Made by a program: the position numbers and the translations under genes. From a virus, in IMG/VR virus record IMGVR_UViG_3300018916_000001, positions 32,001 to 96,000 of that record: a stretch of DNA of 64,000 bases. One strand, given 5' to 3'. Under the pieces are notes generated by a model. The model ran no database searches and was not told the origin of the DNA. It worked only from the letters and a program-made list of their open reading frames with translations. Positions 1-9,178 of the stretch are shown piece by piece (position 1 is the stretch's first letter; each line of letters starts with the position of its first letter).

Positions 1-135
1 ATATATCACGGTAATAGTCCTTTAACACAAATCTATATTCTCTAATTTTTAGTGGCAAAGTTCCTATATACTAGCTAATAAAGTGTTTTAAAGCTAATTG
101 GATAGGAGTAGTCTTACCCTTTTTTATTTCTAAAC

Positions 136-194
136 TGTGGAGTTTTTTTCCAAAATGAACTATAATAAATATAGAAATCAATAAAAATTCCACA
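136..194. repeat. Left copy of inverted repeat flanking the helicase gene (TGTGGA...TTTTCCAAA...TATAGAAAT...TCCACA)
   Basis: Aligns in blocks to the reverse complement of 1958-2006; each copy begins TGTGGA and ends TCCACA. Confidence 0.7.
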
Positions 195-198
195 ACTT

Positions 199-1956
199 AT
201 GAAAAATACAATTGTCACAACTGAAGACCAAAAATACTTATCTGACGTTTTAAACGAACTTCCAATAGGTATTCTTAATAAAACTCAATGTAACGTAGGC
301 GGTTCACACTTAGCCCTTAACTCCCCTGATAATTACCTCATAGTAGTTCCGACTAGGGATTTAATAGATAATAAGTTAGCAAATCCTGCTAATAGCAAAT
401 ACGAACTGTTTGGTATTTATGGAGGAGTAACTAACAAACAATTTAAAGATTATATAAAGAGAAATACTAAACATCACATTTTAGTTACCTATGATTCTTT
501 ACCTAAGCTAATTAAATGGTTAAGTGCTTTAGGTATAAATGCTTACGAGTATAAAGTTCTATTTGACGAATATCATATGCTTCTTACTGAAATGGGGTAT
601 AGATATAAAGCTATTGAGAACTTAGTAAAAGAAGCTAAGAACTTTAAGCACTATACTTTTATGAGTGCTACACCTATTCCAGAGAAGTTCCTTCCAAAGA
701 TACTAGCTGACTTACCTTACACAGAAATAAAATGGACTAATACTAAAACTATCCTCCCTACTAGATTCTGTAGTCCTAATGTATATCAAACAACGGTTAG
801 ATTATTAAAAGAGTTAGAGAATGGATTAGACGGAATAGAGATAAAAGAACGTTTCATTTTTACTAATACGGTTATTGGCATTAAGCAAATATTAGACAGT
901 GCTGAACTTAATCCTGAAGAAGTTAAGGTAGTTTGCTCTAACACTATAAGAAATCAACAAGTCCTAGGTAATTACGAAATATCTACAATGACTGGAGAGA
1001 ATAAGAAATACAACTTCTTTACTTCCAAAGGATTTCAAGGATGTGATTTATTTAGTAAGTCTGGTTTGTGTATTGTAGTAAGCGACTCAAAAAAGAAACA
1101 TACATTAACTGATATTCAAACTACCTTATATCAAATCAGTGGACGTATTAGAGATATTGATAACTTGTTTGCAGATAGAATATTTCATGTCTATTCCACT
1201 GGTTATGTAACTCAGACTAAAGAAGAATATGAAGCAGAGAAACAAGAATTAATAGACGAAGCACTAATGATTCTCGAAACTCAAAATAGTTTATCTGAGA
1301 AATCTAGAATTGCTTATGCTAAAAGACTTAATATAGATAACGACTTTATTATCTTTGATGAAGAAACAAAAACTTATGATTATTCCGAACTAAAAGAGAA
1401 GTTTGCTGATTTCAACTATGAACTTACTCAATATACTTATACCAATGGATTATCTATTAGAAAAGCTTATGAAGATTCTGGTATTAAAGCAGGTAATCAG
1501 ATACAAACATATTTAGCAGATAAAGATACTCAATTAGTTAAACGAGTGACAAAAGTAGGTTTTAAGATTTTATTAGAACAATATATTGAGTTAAGAGAAA
1601 AGAATAGAAAAGAAGATGCTGAGTTAATTAGTAGATACGAACTAGAACATCCAGTATTTAAAGATGCGTATGATAAGCTAGGTACAAAAATTATTAATAG
1701 CTGTAAATTTGTAGAAAAGAATATATTAGAAAAGTTATACTCTACTAGCAATAGTTCTGAAAACGCAATTAAAGAGTTACTAAGAGCTAAATATAAGAAA
1801 GGAGATATAGTACCTGTTAAAGAAGCAAAAGCTGAACTACAAAATATTTATAATACTTTAAAAATCAAATCTAAAGCCAAAGCTACTGAACTAAGTAAAT
1901 ATTTACCCGTAGAAACTGTCAAAGGTAGAAGTCATAACTCAGTAAGGTTTTTATAA
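199..1956 (+). CDS. SF2 (DExH) helicase-like / replication origin-binding-like protein
   Basis: Degenerate Walker A region (LNKTQCNVGGS), IVVPT motif Ia, LVTYDS, FDEYH motif II, MSATP motif III, FQGCD, QISGRIR motif VI. Confidence 0.75.
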   Translation: MKNTIVTTEDQKYLSDVLNELPIGILNKTQCNVGGSHLALNSPDNYLIVVPTRDLIDNKLANPANSKYELFGIYGGVTNKQFKDYIKRNTKHHILVTYDSLPKLIKWLSALGINAYEYKVLFDEYHMLLTEMGYRYKAIENLVKEAKNFKHYTFMSATPIPEKFLPKILADLPYTEIKWTNTKTILPTRFCSPNVYQTTVRLLKELENGLDGIEIKERFIFTNTVIGIKQILDSAELNPEEVKVVCSNTIRNQQVLGNYEISTMTGENKKYNFFTSKGFQGCDLFSKSGLCIVVSDSKKKHTLTDIQTTLYQISGRIRDIDNLFADRIFHVYSTGYVTQTKEEYEAEKQELIDEALMILETQNSLSEKSRIAYAKRLNIDNDFIIFDEETKTYDYSELKEKFADFNYELTQYTYTNGLSIRKAYEDSGIKAGNQIQTYLADKDTQLVKRVTKVGFKILLEQYIELREKNRKEDAELISRYELEHPVFKDAYDKLGTKIINSCKFVEKNILEKLYSTSNSSENAIKELLRAKYKKGDIVPVKEAKAELQNIYNTLKIKSKAKATELSKYLPVETVKGRSHNSVRFL

Positions 1957-1957
1957 G

Positions 1958-2006
1958 TGTGGATTTTCTTTATTTCTATAAGATGAGTTTGGAAAATAAT
2001 TCCACA
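1958..2006. repeat. Right copy of inverted repeat flanking the helicase gene
   Basis: Reverse complement tgtggaattattttccaaa..tatagaaataaagaaaatccaca matches 136-194 in blocks. Confidence 0.7.
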
Positions 2007-2113
2007 TAATCCTAATAACTCTTCCCCAAATAACTAAAATAATATAAAATAGCAAAAAAATACTAGCTATCTTACTATTATGTTATAGTATAGGAAATTA
2101 ACTAAAAAATATT

Positions 2114-2524
2114 ATGGACTTACAAATTTGTTACAAAGGTTACGTATTAAAAGTAGAAATTATACGGATGACTGGTTATAAAGATAAATTTAGGTTAAAA
2201 GGTTTATGTAGAGAAGTCGGGTTTGAGTTTGTTAGTGAGATGGATGAAAATGCTTTAGATAGGTTGAAAGATAGATTTAGAGAACAAGTAGATTATTATT
2301 TGGAAGAGTCTTACGCATTAAAGTTAAGTGAATTAATAAAGCTGCTAGAAACAAATCCCAAATATGTAGAAAGAGTTTTAGAAAGTTTAATTATTAAAGA
2401 AAGAGACAATACATCTCTATTAGAAGTAGCACTATTTTATACAAAAGCTAAAGATATAAGCCCAGAAAATAGTATCATTATTAGTAGAATCGAGAAAAAG
2501 TATACTGCAAATAAAGGAGAATAA
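2114..2524 (+). CDS. HicB-antitoxin-like N-terminal domain protein
   Basis: YKGYVLKVE...LDRLKDRFREQVDYYLE resembles the HicB consensus YKGY...EL...FxEAVDDYLE. Confidence 0.55.
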   Translation: MDLQICYKGYVLKVEIIRMTGYKDKFRLKGLCREVGFEFVSEMDENALDRLKDRFREQVDYYLEESYALKLSELIKLLETNPKYVERVLESLIIKERDNTSLLEVALFYTKAKDISPENSIIISRIEKKYTANKGE

Positions 2525-2529
2525 AAATT

Positions 2530-3186
2530 ATGGCAATTACAACTGAAATGGAAATTCGTCTTTTACACGAAGACATTGCTCGATTACATAAAGCAACTAA
2601 GACTGAAGATAAAAAGAAGAGAATTAAAGCTATCAAAGAAAGAAATGAGTATTTGAATGGTAGAGGTTATAAAGTAATCAACGTAAAAGATATTAATGGA
2701 TATCATATTACTTATGCAATTCACGAGTATTTATTTGATGACTCAGTAATGCAAGGTAGAGAAAAAGATGAAGATAATGAAGAACCTGATTGGGCAATTA
2801 TTGAGTTAGGTGCTTATTACTTCGATGAAGAGAAGCATAATTATGAAGGATTGACAGTTAGCTTAATGGGAATCAAACAAGTAACAGACGAAGAGTTAGA
2901 AAAATTATCTGAGTCAGAACAGTTGTTTATTAAAGAGATACGTGAACCTAACCGAATGATTCCTATTGGAGTTATTCACGGTGACATGATTGAATTGCAA
3001 GGTATAAGCGGTGAAGTAGTTAAAGATTATGAAGAATTTTTAGGGCTTAGTAGTAAACTTTCTAAATTTATATTGTCAGATGAGATGGTAGAAGAATTAT
3101 TCTATCCTGAATATTACACTGTGGATAAGGAAGGGAATTACAAAGAACTAGATAAAGATACAGCCTATTTCTTTGTAGGTCAGTAG
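2530..3186 (+). CDS. Hypothetical acidic protein
   Basis: 218-aa ORF, preceded by AAGGAG, typical codon usage. Confidence 0.7.
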   Translation: MAITTEMEIRLLHEDIARLHKATKTEDKKKRIKAIKERNEYLNGRGYKVINVKDINGYHITYAIHEYLFDDSVMQGREKDEDNEEPDWAIIELGAYYFDEEKHNYEGLTVSLMGIKQVTDEELEKLSESEQLFIKEIREPNRMIPIGVIHGDMIELQGISGEVVKDYEEFLGLSSKLSKFILSDEMVEELFYPEYYTVDKEGNYKELDKDTAYFFVGQ

Positions 3187-3191
3187 TCAAT

Positions 3192-3217
3192 AAAAAAGCT
3201 GGCTCCAAATACCAGCT
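3192..3217 (-). terminator. Intrinsic terminator between convergent genes
   Basis: AGCTGG/CCAGCT stem with A6 run on its left (U-tract on the minus strand). Confidence 0.55.
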
Positions 3218-3305
3218 AATTATAGAAAAAACAAGCACAAACGTCATGAATCAAAAACAACACACAGTCCTAACATCTAAGACCATAAATTTATTATAAC
3301 AGCTT

Positions 3306-3650
3306 TTAACAAAAATAACTAATTAATCCTACTAATATTGTTTTTTTACCGTCTATATAGTAAGTAATATAGGGAACATAATTAGACGGAAGTAAAAGAT
3401 TAATTCTTCTAGTAAGAGTGCTATATTTAATATTACAGATCATTTCACAAATCATAGATCTAATATAGTGTAATAAGTCATATTCTTCACTATTGTCAAT
3501 ACTTAAACTTATTTCTGATTTAGAGATTAAAGCCTCAGCAGGTATAAATGTTTCTTCTATAAAACTAAAATGATGATTTGTATAATTATTTAGTTCTTCT
3601 TTTAAAAGTTCTAGTTGTAGGTCAACAGAAAGTAACATATTAGTTTTCAT
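3306..3650 (-). CDS. Hypothetical protein, paralog family A
   Basis: C-terminus RRINLLLP...ILVGLISYF shared with 3730-4143 and 7517-7894. Confidence 0.7.
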   Translation of the reverse strand: MKTNMLLSVDLQLELLKEELNNYTNHHFSFIEETFIPAEALISKSEISLSIDNSEEYDLLHYIRSMICEMICNIKYSTLTRRINLLLPSNYVPYITYYIDGKKTILVGLISYFC

Positions 3651-3672
3651 AGCTTTATCGTTAAAATTAATA

Positions 3673-3703
3673 AAGAGGTAAGATTGTTTATGTCCTACCT
3701 CTT
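3673..3703. terminator. AAGAGGTA/TACCTCTT hairpin
   Basis: 8-bp inverted repeat in intergenic space; same stem as at 4760 and 38243. Confidence 0.5.
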
Positions 3704-3729
3704 CAGGTATTTATTTAGTTATCAGTTAA

Positions 3730-4143
3730 CTATTGGTCATTAAAGTAAAGACTTACAAAACCAGCTAATATCACTCTATCGTCTTGAATGTAAGTACATA
3801 TATAACGTGTAAAATGTGGAGCTTCAGGTAATAAAACAATAACTTCTTTTGTGTTACGTTTTCTACATTCTTCTATAATACCTTCTACTAAACCATTTAA
3901 TATACGTTCAACATCACTGTTTAAATATGTTTTGTCATTTTCGTAAGCTTGCTCAAATTTATGATTTTCTTCTACATCCCAAGCCATTCCTAGTTTTATA
4001 GTCTTTCGTATATCTGGGACACAATCAGTAAAAATGAATTTATATTCTCCGTTAGTTAATATATCTACTCTTCGTTTTATAAAGAATATTTGATCACTAA
4101 ATTCTGGAAGATTCTTTTCAATGTAAGAAATATCAATAGTCAT
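3730..4143 (-). CDS. Hypothetical protein, paralog family A
   Basis: LNGLVEGIIEECRK...VIVLLP...ILAGFVSLYF. Confidence 0.7.
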   Translation of the reverse strand: MTIDISYIEKNLPEFSDQIFFIKRRVDILTNGEYKFIFTDCVPDIRKTIKLGMAWDVEENHKFEQAYENDKTYLNSDVERILNGLVEGIIEECRKRNTKEVIVLLPEAPHFTRYICTYIQDDRVILAGFVSLYFNDQ

Positions 4144-4311
4144 AAATTTTTATTATTATTGGTAACGTTATTACTTAATTGTAACTCATTTCTATACTAC
4201 TTCTTATCTACTTGTGCTATAATATAAGAAATTTGTAGACGACAATATGCCAAATAGAGAAAATGAAAAAATAAAAATATAGCACTAACCAGAATACTTG
4301 AGACAGTTAAC

Positions 4312-4722
4312 TTGTTAGAAGACAATATAAAAGATGAATTAGTTAACCACCTACTCTCAAATAAAAAACTAAGAGATGTAACTACTGTATACAAATTAAA
4401 TATAGCTACTGAGAAAATGCTAGCTGTTGGTACTGTAGAATATCATATTGGAGAGAAAGATTATGTGCTAACTTTATTTCCAGATCCAACAGAGAAAATG
4501 AAAGGTATTACTTCTCTTAAAGACGCTAAGCCATATTACCCAGATTGGTATATTGAAGATGGCAAGGGAGGATATAAAAAGATTATTCCAATTAACAATC
4601 CTCAGCAAGTATACATAAATAGTGAAAAAGAAATTGTATCTATTGGTATTATCAGTGATTATCTAAGTGTTCAACTATTTAGTAATTATGAGCAGATGGA
4701 TAGAAATAATCGAAGATACTGA
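4312..4722 (+). CDS. Hypothetical protein
   Basis: 136-aa ORF followed by a terminator; start uncertain (TTG). Confidence 0.6.
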   Translation: MLEDNIKDELVNHLLSNKKLRDVTTVYKLNIATEKMLAVGTVEYHIGEKDYVLTLFPDPTEKMKGITSLKDAKPYYPDWYIEDGKGGYKKIIPINNPQQVYINSEKEIVSIGIISDYLSVQLFSNYEQMDRNNRRY

Positions 4723-4759
4723 GATAAACAAGTGGTTAAATAAAATTCAATAAATAATT

Positions 4760-4792
4760 AGAGGTAAGAGAATTATAACTCCTACCTCTTTT
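4760..4792 (+). terminator. Intrinsic terminator
   Basis: AGAGGTA(A)GAG / CTC(C)TACCTCT stem followed by T-run. Confidence 0.65.
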
Positions 4793-4799
4793 AATATTA

Positions 4800-4985
4800 T
4801 TATAAGTTCAATACTCTTCCATCGCTATCGTAACAAGTATAGTAATACTCAGTAGAATTATTAATATACCAGTTAACTCCTTCTCATGTATTAGCTCCAA
4901 CTGTTTTATAGGCTTCTCCTACTTTAACTCTTTGACCGTCACTTACTCTATCTCGATAAACTTCACAATAGATTTTGTTACTCAT
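4800..4985 (-). pseudogene. Small gene (62 codons) with an in-frame TGA at codon 34
   Basis: MSNKIYCEVYRDRVSDGQRVKVGEAYKTVGANT*EGVNWYINNSTEYYYTCYDSDGRVLNL; AAAGG upstream; TGA at 4884-4886. Confidence 0.55.
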
Positions 4986-5050
4986 AATTTTTACCTTTTT
5001 AGTTTAATTTAGTTAGTAGATAAACTAGATATTATTAGGTAGAACTTACC

Positions 5051-5539
5051 CTATCGGATTCCATCAATAACGAAGCCATTTGGATATCTAGCTCCTAACT
5101 TTTTATTTAATATATCGAAACTATCTGATAAATCAAAGTTATTACTAATTAGTTTTAATGGTTCGATAAATCCATCTAATGAGCTAATATCTCTACTAGG
5201 ATAATCTCTAACGTATTTCTTAGCTTTCTCTAGAAAATACAAACTTTGATGTAAAGCTTCATATAATAATTCTGTACCATTAGCTGTAAACTCATACGTA
5301 TTGGAGAAGTTAATATTATCTAGTAGTTCTTCTTTACCTAACATAATACTAAGAGCTACAGTATACCAAACTATATCTGCCAACTCCATCTTAAAGTTTT
5401 CATCTGATACTTCATATTCATCTATTGTTTCTCCTATTTCTCCAACTAATCCCATTGAGTAAATAGCAATAGTAAGTCTGTCGTTAACATCTAGATTGCT
5501 AGCAGTTGTCTTAACTAAATTAATCAATTGGTCTTTCAT
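5051..5539 (-). CDS. MazG-like NTP pyrophosphohydrolase
   Basis: GLVGEIGE...ELADIVWY (ExxE/ExxD) and C-terminal KLGARYPNGF. Confidence 0.85.
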   Translation of the reverse strand: MKDQLINLVKTTASNLDVNDRLTIAIYSMGLVGEIGETIDEYEVSDENFKMELADIVWYTVALSIMLGKEELLDNINFSNTYEFTANGTELLYEALHQSLYFLEKAKKYVRDYPSRDISSLDGFIEPLKLISNNFDLSDSFDILNKKLGARYPNGFVIDGIR

Positions 5540-5576
5540 AGTTTTATCTACTTCCTTCTTAAAATTACAAATCTAT

Positions 5577-6599
5577 CTATTTATTAGAAAATCTCATAAA
5601 GTAAAAAGTCTTAAAACTATCAAATGAAGTTAAATGTAAAATATCTTTAGCTTTCTCATATAGCTTACCTAATTTAATATCTAGTACAAGTGAATAATTA
5701 GAATTATCTTTCAACTTCTCTATATCTTTATTGATTTTGGTTAGAGCATAGATAAAGTCTTCTGCCATAACTAAATCTTCATCTTTCTCTTTATCATTCT
5801 TTAAGCGAGTATCAACAGCTTTCTTAAATTCATTCATTATATGGTCTATTCCTGCTGAACTCATATAGTAGAATCCAGTTTCTTTACATTCAGCGATACA
5901 CATCCGATAATCTATACTGTGTTTTAAATGTAGAATAAATCCTTCATAGTACCATTCTGAAGAATCTCCCATTTTTATAACGTCATTCATATTACTCTTA
6001 TTTTGATTTAGTTGTTTATCTATCCATTGTTGGAATTGCTCTACTAAACTATTTAAACTACTACAAGTACCTATTCTAGGGATGAAGTTTGTGTCACATT
6101 TATATTTACTAACTTGATTAATATAAGGATCGTAGCTATCAATAGTTAAAGTCTGACCTTTATATTCAACTACTAGATTCATTAAATGATTTGAATTAGC
6201 AATATTAAATTTATCTACATGACCTTTATGCCAGTGAAGAACTCTTTCTAGAGATTCATTAGAGATTTTAATTGGACTTGAATATACATCTCCAGTTAAA
6301 ATACATCTGAAGTATTGACTATCATCTTCTTTAGTCTCGGACGAGCATTGACGAGTAATTTCTACTGAATAGCCTTTATAAGTAGAAGTAATTTTCATCA
6401 TAGTTTTATTATCTAACTTTTTATCTACTGCTTTCTTAAACTCAGAAATTATATAATCTATTCTTCCAAATGTCTTGTAGTAAATATCTAGTTCTTTACA
6501 TTCTACAATAACATAGCAGGATGAAGTAGTTTTTAAAGATAAAATAAAACCTTCGTAATGGTACTCTGAAAATTTAACGATTTCTATTAGGTCATTCAT
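5577..6599 (-). CDS. Protein with four tandem HicB-like domains
   Basis: Repeats YEGF..EFKKAVD, YKGY..HKGHVD, YKGQ..FQQWID, YEGF..EFKKAVD. Confidence 0.55.
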   Translation of the reverse strand: MNDLIEIVKFSEYHYEGFILSLKTTSSCYVIVECKELDIYYKTFGRIDYIISEFKKAVDKKLDNKTMMKITSTYKGYSVEITRQCSSETKEDDSQYFRCILTGDVYSSPIKISNESLERVLHWHKGHVDKFNIANSNHLMNLVVEYKGQTLTIDSYDPYINQVSKYKCDTNFIPRIGTCSSLNSLVEQFQQWIDKQLNQNKSNMNDVIKMGDSSEWYYEGFILHLKHSIDYRMCIAECKETGFYYMSSAGIDHIMNEFKKAVDTRLKNDKEKDEDLVMAEDFIYALTKINKDIEKLKDNSNYSLVLDIKLGKLYEKAKDILHLTSFDSFKTFYFMRFSNK

Positions 6600-6602
6600 T
6601 TA

Positions 6603-7217
6603 TTATTTATTTCCTATATTTAAATACTGTTTCTTTACATCTTCAAGAGTCAAACCTAAAGTCTCATGATACTCTTCATATACCTCATTTAATTTAGTCT
6701 GATTATCTCTTTTAATCACCAATAATTGATTAAAGTATTCTCTATTAGATCTTTCTTTCTTCTCTTCTTCTTTTTTAGTTTGGAGATAAGAATAATAATC
6801 AATGAAAGATTCAAATGAGCTACTAGGCATTACTTTATCTCGATATTCGTCATAAACTCTCTTAAGTTTTACGGATAGAACCGTACCGGAATATTCATCT
6901 TCTTCTAGTAAGTTCATTTCTTCAGCTACTTTGTCTAGCTTGGAGATAAATTCCTTAACTAATTCTGCGTCTTTATCCATTGGAGTATTTTTATTTCCTA
7001 TTGGATTATTTAATGGAACCTCCTTTTCTTTTTTAGACTTTTGATAATTTACCTCTCTTTTAAAGCTACTAATTATATTAGTCAAATCAGTTTTATAAAT
7101 ATCTTGCGGAAGATAAGGAAGTTCATTACATTTAGTTTTATAGAGAGTAGTTTTACCTGTGTCATAATCTGTAACTTCTTCAATTTCTAGAACGTAACCT
7201 TCATGTTCAATTTTCAT
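6603..7217 (-). CDS. HicB-like domain protein, paralog of 5577-6599
   Basis: HEGYVLEIE...SFKREVNY; C-terminal LSVKLKRVY..SSFESF matches LDIKLGKLY..TSFDSF in 5577-6599. Confidence 0.55.
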   Translation of the reverse strand: MKIEHEGYVLEIEEVTDYDTGKTTLYKTKCNELPYLPQDIYKTDLTNIISSFKREVNYQKSKKEKEVPLNNPIGNKNTPMDKDAELVKEFISKLDKVAEEMNLLEEDEYSGTVLSVKLKRVYDEYRDKVMPSSSFESFIDYYSYLQTKKEEEKKERSNREYFNQLLVIKRDNQTKLNEVYEEYHETLGLTLEDVKKQYLNIGNK

Positions 7218-7485
7218 AGTTTTTACTCCTTAAAATTACAAATCTATTTTCTATTGGAAACTTAGGGCTATCTTCATCCTCTAAATATCTCTCAGTATAA
7301 AATTGAGTAGGAATCCAGCAACCCGATTCAATCCATCTCTTATGGCTTTCTTTTAATTTCTCTACTTGTTCTTCTGTGAGATTAGAAATATCTATTACTC
7401 CTAACTCCTGATGAGTTAATTCTTTATTATTTGTCAACATATTATCTATTATTGTAGTTATCAATATAATCTGAGAGGTACTCAA
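7207..7485 (-). CDS. Hypothetical protein
   Basis: ORF in a tightly packed minus-strand operon; start uncertain. Confidence 0.55.
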   Translation of the reverse strand: MSTSQIILITTIIDNMLTNNKELTHQELGVIDISNLTEEQVEKLKESHKRWIESGCWIPTQFYTERYLEDEDSPKFPIENRFVILRSKNYEN

Positions 7486-7516
7486 ATCCTTTTATAGTCG
7501 TAGCTTGTATTATCAT

Positions 7517-7894
7517 TTAGTTTTCATCAAAATAAAATTGAATTACACCTTTTAAAGGATTGGTTATAAGATAAGAATTTACAATATTGTAACTAGGAGG
7601 CAAGATATTCACTCTATAAACCTCTTGTCTATTACATTCTTTAATTACTCCATTTATTAATCTCTTAAGTAAAGAATCTGTTATCTCACTTAGATTTTCT
7701 CCTGTTTGGTTTGAGTTGAAAAAGTTATATACTGCTAATTTATATGTGTCACTTTTATTAACTAATAAACCTTCTATATCAGTTTTCCAATTGAAGATAT
7801 ATAGATTCCCATAATTAGTAAATAATATATTTTTTAGTTTTTCTATTTGTTCTTGAGGAGTTGGAAGGTTATCTCGAATATCTAAGAAATTCAT
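7517..7894 (-). CDS. Hypothetical protein, paralog family A
   Basis: LINGVIKECNR..RVNILPP..GVIQFYF. Confidence 0.7.
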   Translation of the reverse strand: MNFLDIRDNLPTPQEQIEKLKNILFTNYGNLYIFNWKTDIEGLLVNKSDTYKLAVYNFFNSNQTGENLSEITDSLLKRLINGVIKECNRQEVYRVNILPPSYNIVNSYLITNPLKGVIQFYFDEN

Positions 7895-8199
7895 ACTTTA
7901 AATACATCACTACAATATTTCCATTTAAGAACTCTAGTATTTATACTATCAAAGCTATGTTTACTTGAATAATAATTCCATTTCTTATCTTGTGTATCAT
8001 AATACAGAATCTCGTACCAAGTAGATGAATTTAAGTCTCCTATAGTAGTGAGTTCAGCTAATACAGGATTTATAGTATCTGGAACAGTATCTTGACTCTT
8101 CATAATCTTAAGTAATTTAAGAGCTTCATTGGTATAATTATTTTTGTAAGAATTAGCTTCTAGATACTTAATAGCTTTATCTAAATAATTATTATCCAT
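7891..8199 (-). CDS. Hypothetical protein
   Basis: Overlaps the next gene by ATGA. Confidence 0.65.
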   Translation of the reverse strand: MDNNYLDKAIKYLEANSYKNNYTNEALKLLKIMKSQDTVPDTINPVLAELTTIGDLNSSTWYEILYYDTQDKKWNYYSSKHSFDSINTRVLKWKYCSDVFKV

Positions 8200-8200
8200 G

Positions 8201-8494
8201 CTAACTCACTGAATAAGTTTTAAATATCATTGCATGATTCGACATATCTTTATAATACCAATTGTTTATATCATTAATATCTAAATCTCTAGAAGTAAAC
8301 CAATTACGTGCTTTTATTTCTGATTCTTCTTCTGTATCTCCTAAGAAAGCTTGGAGAACTATTAGAGGTTCATCTATCCATACACTTCTTAATCTATGGT
8401 CTAATGTAACTTTATCTATATTGAATTGAGCTGGAAGAGTTATATAACCTAAGACATCATCTATATAATAAGTTTTAATCATTATCATCACCAA
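8201..8494 (-). CDS. Hypothetical protein
   Basis: Operon packing. Confidence 0.6.
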   Translation of the reverse strand: MVMIMIKTYYIDDVLGYITLPAQFNIDKVTLDHRLRSVWIDEPLIVLQAFLGDTEEESEIKARNWFTSRDLDINDINNWYYKDMSNHAMIFKTYSVS

Positions 8495-8699
8495 ATACTC
8501 TAGGTAATCCAGTTATCTCTATCACTACTCTCACCCCATCTATATTATTAGGAATATTATGGTCTTCTATAGGTTCTGATATGTGAGCAATTAAGAAATA
8601 CCCATCGTTATCATAAGCTAATCCAATAATAGTAGGAAGATCTTTAACTATAAGAAGTAAAGATTGCTTAGCCTTTCTAGCTTGTTGTAGTGTAATCAA
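8475..8699 (-). CDS. Small protein resembling the N-terminal (pro)domain of Nal1-like serine proteases
   Basis: IIGLAY...IPNNIDGVRVVIEITG pattern. Confidence 0.4.
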   Translation of the reverse strand: MITLQQARKAKQSLLLIVKDLPTIIGLAYDNDGYFLIAHISEPIEDHNIPNNIDGVRVVIEITGLPRVFGDDND

Positions 8700-8702
8700 T
8701 TT

Positions 8703-9002
8703 CTATTCACAGCTTGATACTTCTTTAGTTATTTCTATAATTGCCCAATCAGGAATAGGCTCTAAACCTTCTTCTCTGTTATAGTAATCTCTACCGTGTT
8801 CTATAACTCTATCTATAAAACTTCTATGTACTGCTAAATAAGTTGTCCAATAATAGCAACTCTGTTCAGTAGTAAATGTAAATCCTTGGTCTAATAGAAA
8901 TCTATGATACTCTTTATTAGCTGCTTTAATAATTTCAGTATGCTTCTTAATACCGTCTTTTAATTCTCTCTTTTGTATTTCATTCATAAAGAGTTCTCCC
9001 AA
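8703..9002 (-). CDS. Hypothetical protein
   Basis: Operon packing. Confidence 0.6.
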   Translation of the reverse strand: MGELFMNEIQKRELKDGIKKHTEIIKAANKEYHRFLLDQGFTFTTEQSCYYWTTYLAVHRSFIDRVIEHGRDYYNREEGLEPIPDWAIIEITKEVSSCE

Positions 9003-9178
9003 GTAAATTGTTCTTTGTATTTTTCGTCGTCAGAGAATTTATAACCCCACTCTTGTAAATTATTTACAAAGTTAAGGTCTATTTTCCAGCTTTCTTCAGT
9101 ATCAAATTTAACTACCACTATTGTTCCATAATCAGATTCTATTAATTGTAAAACTTTTTGAACTAGATATTTGTGCAT
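8984..9178 (-). CDS. Hypothetical protein
   Basis: Abuts the ClpP-like gene. Confidence 0.55.
   Translation of the reverse strand: MHKYLVQKVLQLIESDYGTIVVVKFDTEESWKIDLNFVNNLQEWGYKFSDDEKYKEQFTWENSL

Noticed and set aside
1530-1751. Antisense or overlapping ORFs in the track (also 4197-4394, 10264-10467, 11806-12021, 16977-17204, 37126-37320, 41098-41295, 48127-49107, 53694-54277, 56090-57228 on +, 60436-60696)
   Set aside because: Shadow frames of real genes on the opposite strand; the Leu/Phe/Ser-rich composition mirrors Lys/Glu codons
136-2006. TGTGGA/TCCACA as DnaA boxes
   Set aside because: At best 7 of 9 positions match TTWTNCACA; reported as an inverted repeat instead
4884-4886. TGA stop-codon reassignment
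   Set aside because: Single case; long genes are intact under the standard code and TGA ends several genes in ATGA/GTGA overlaps
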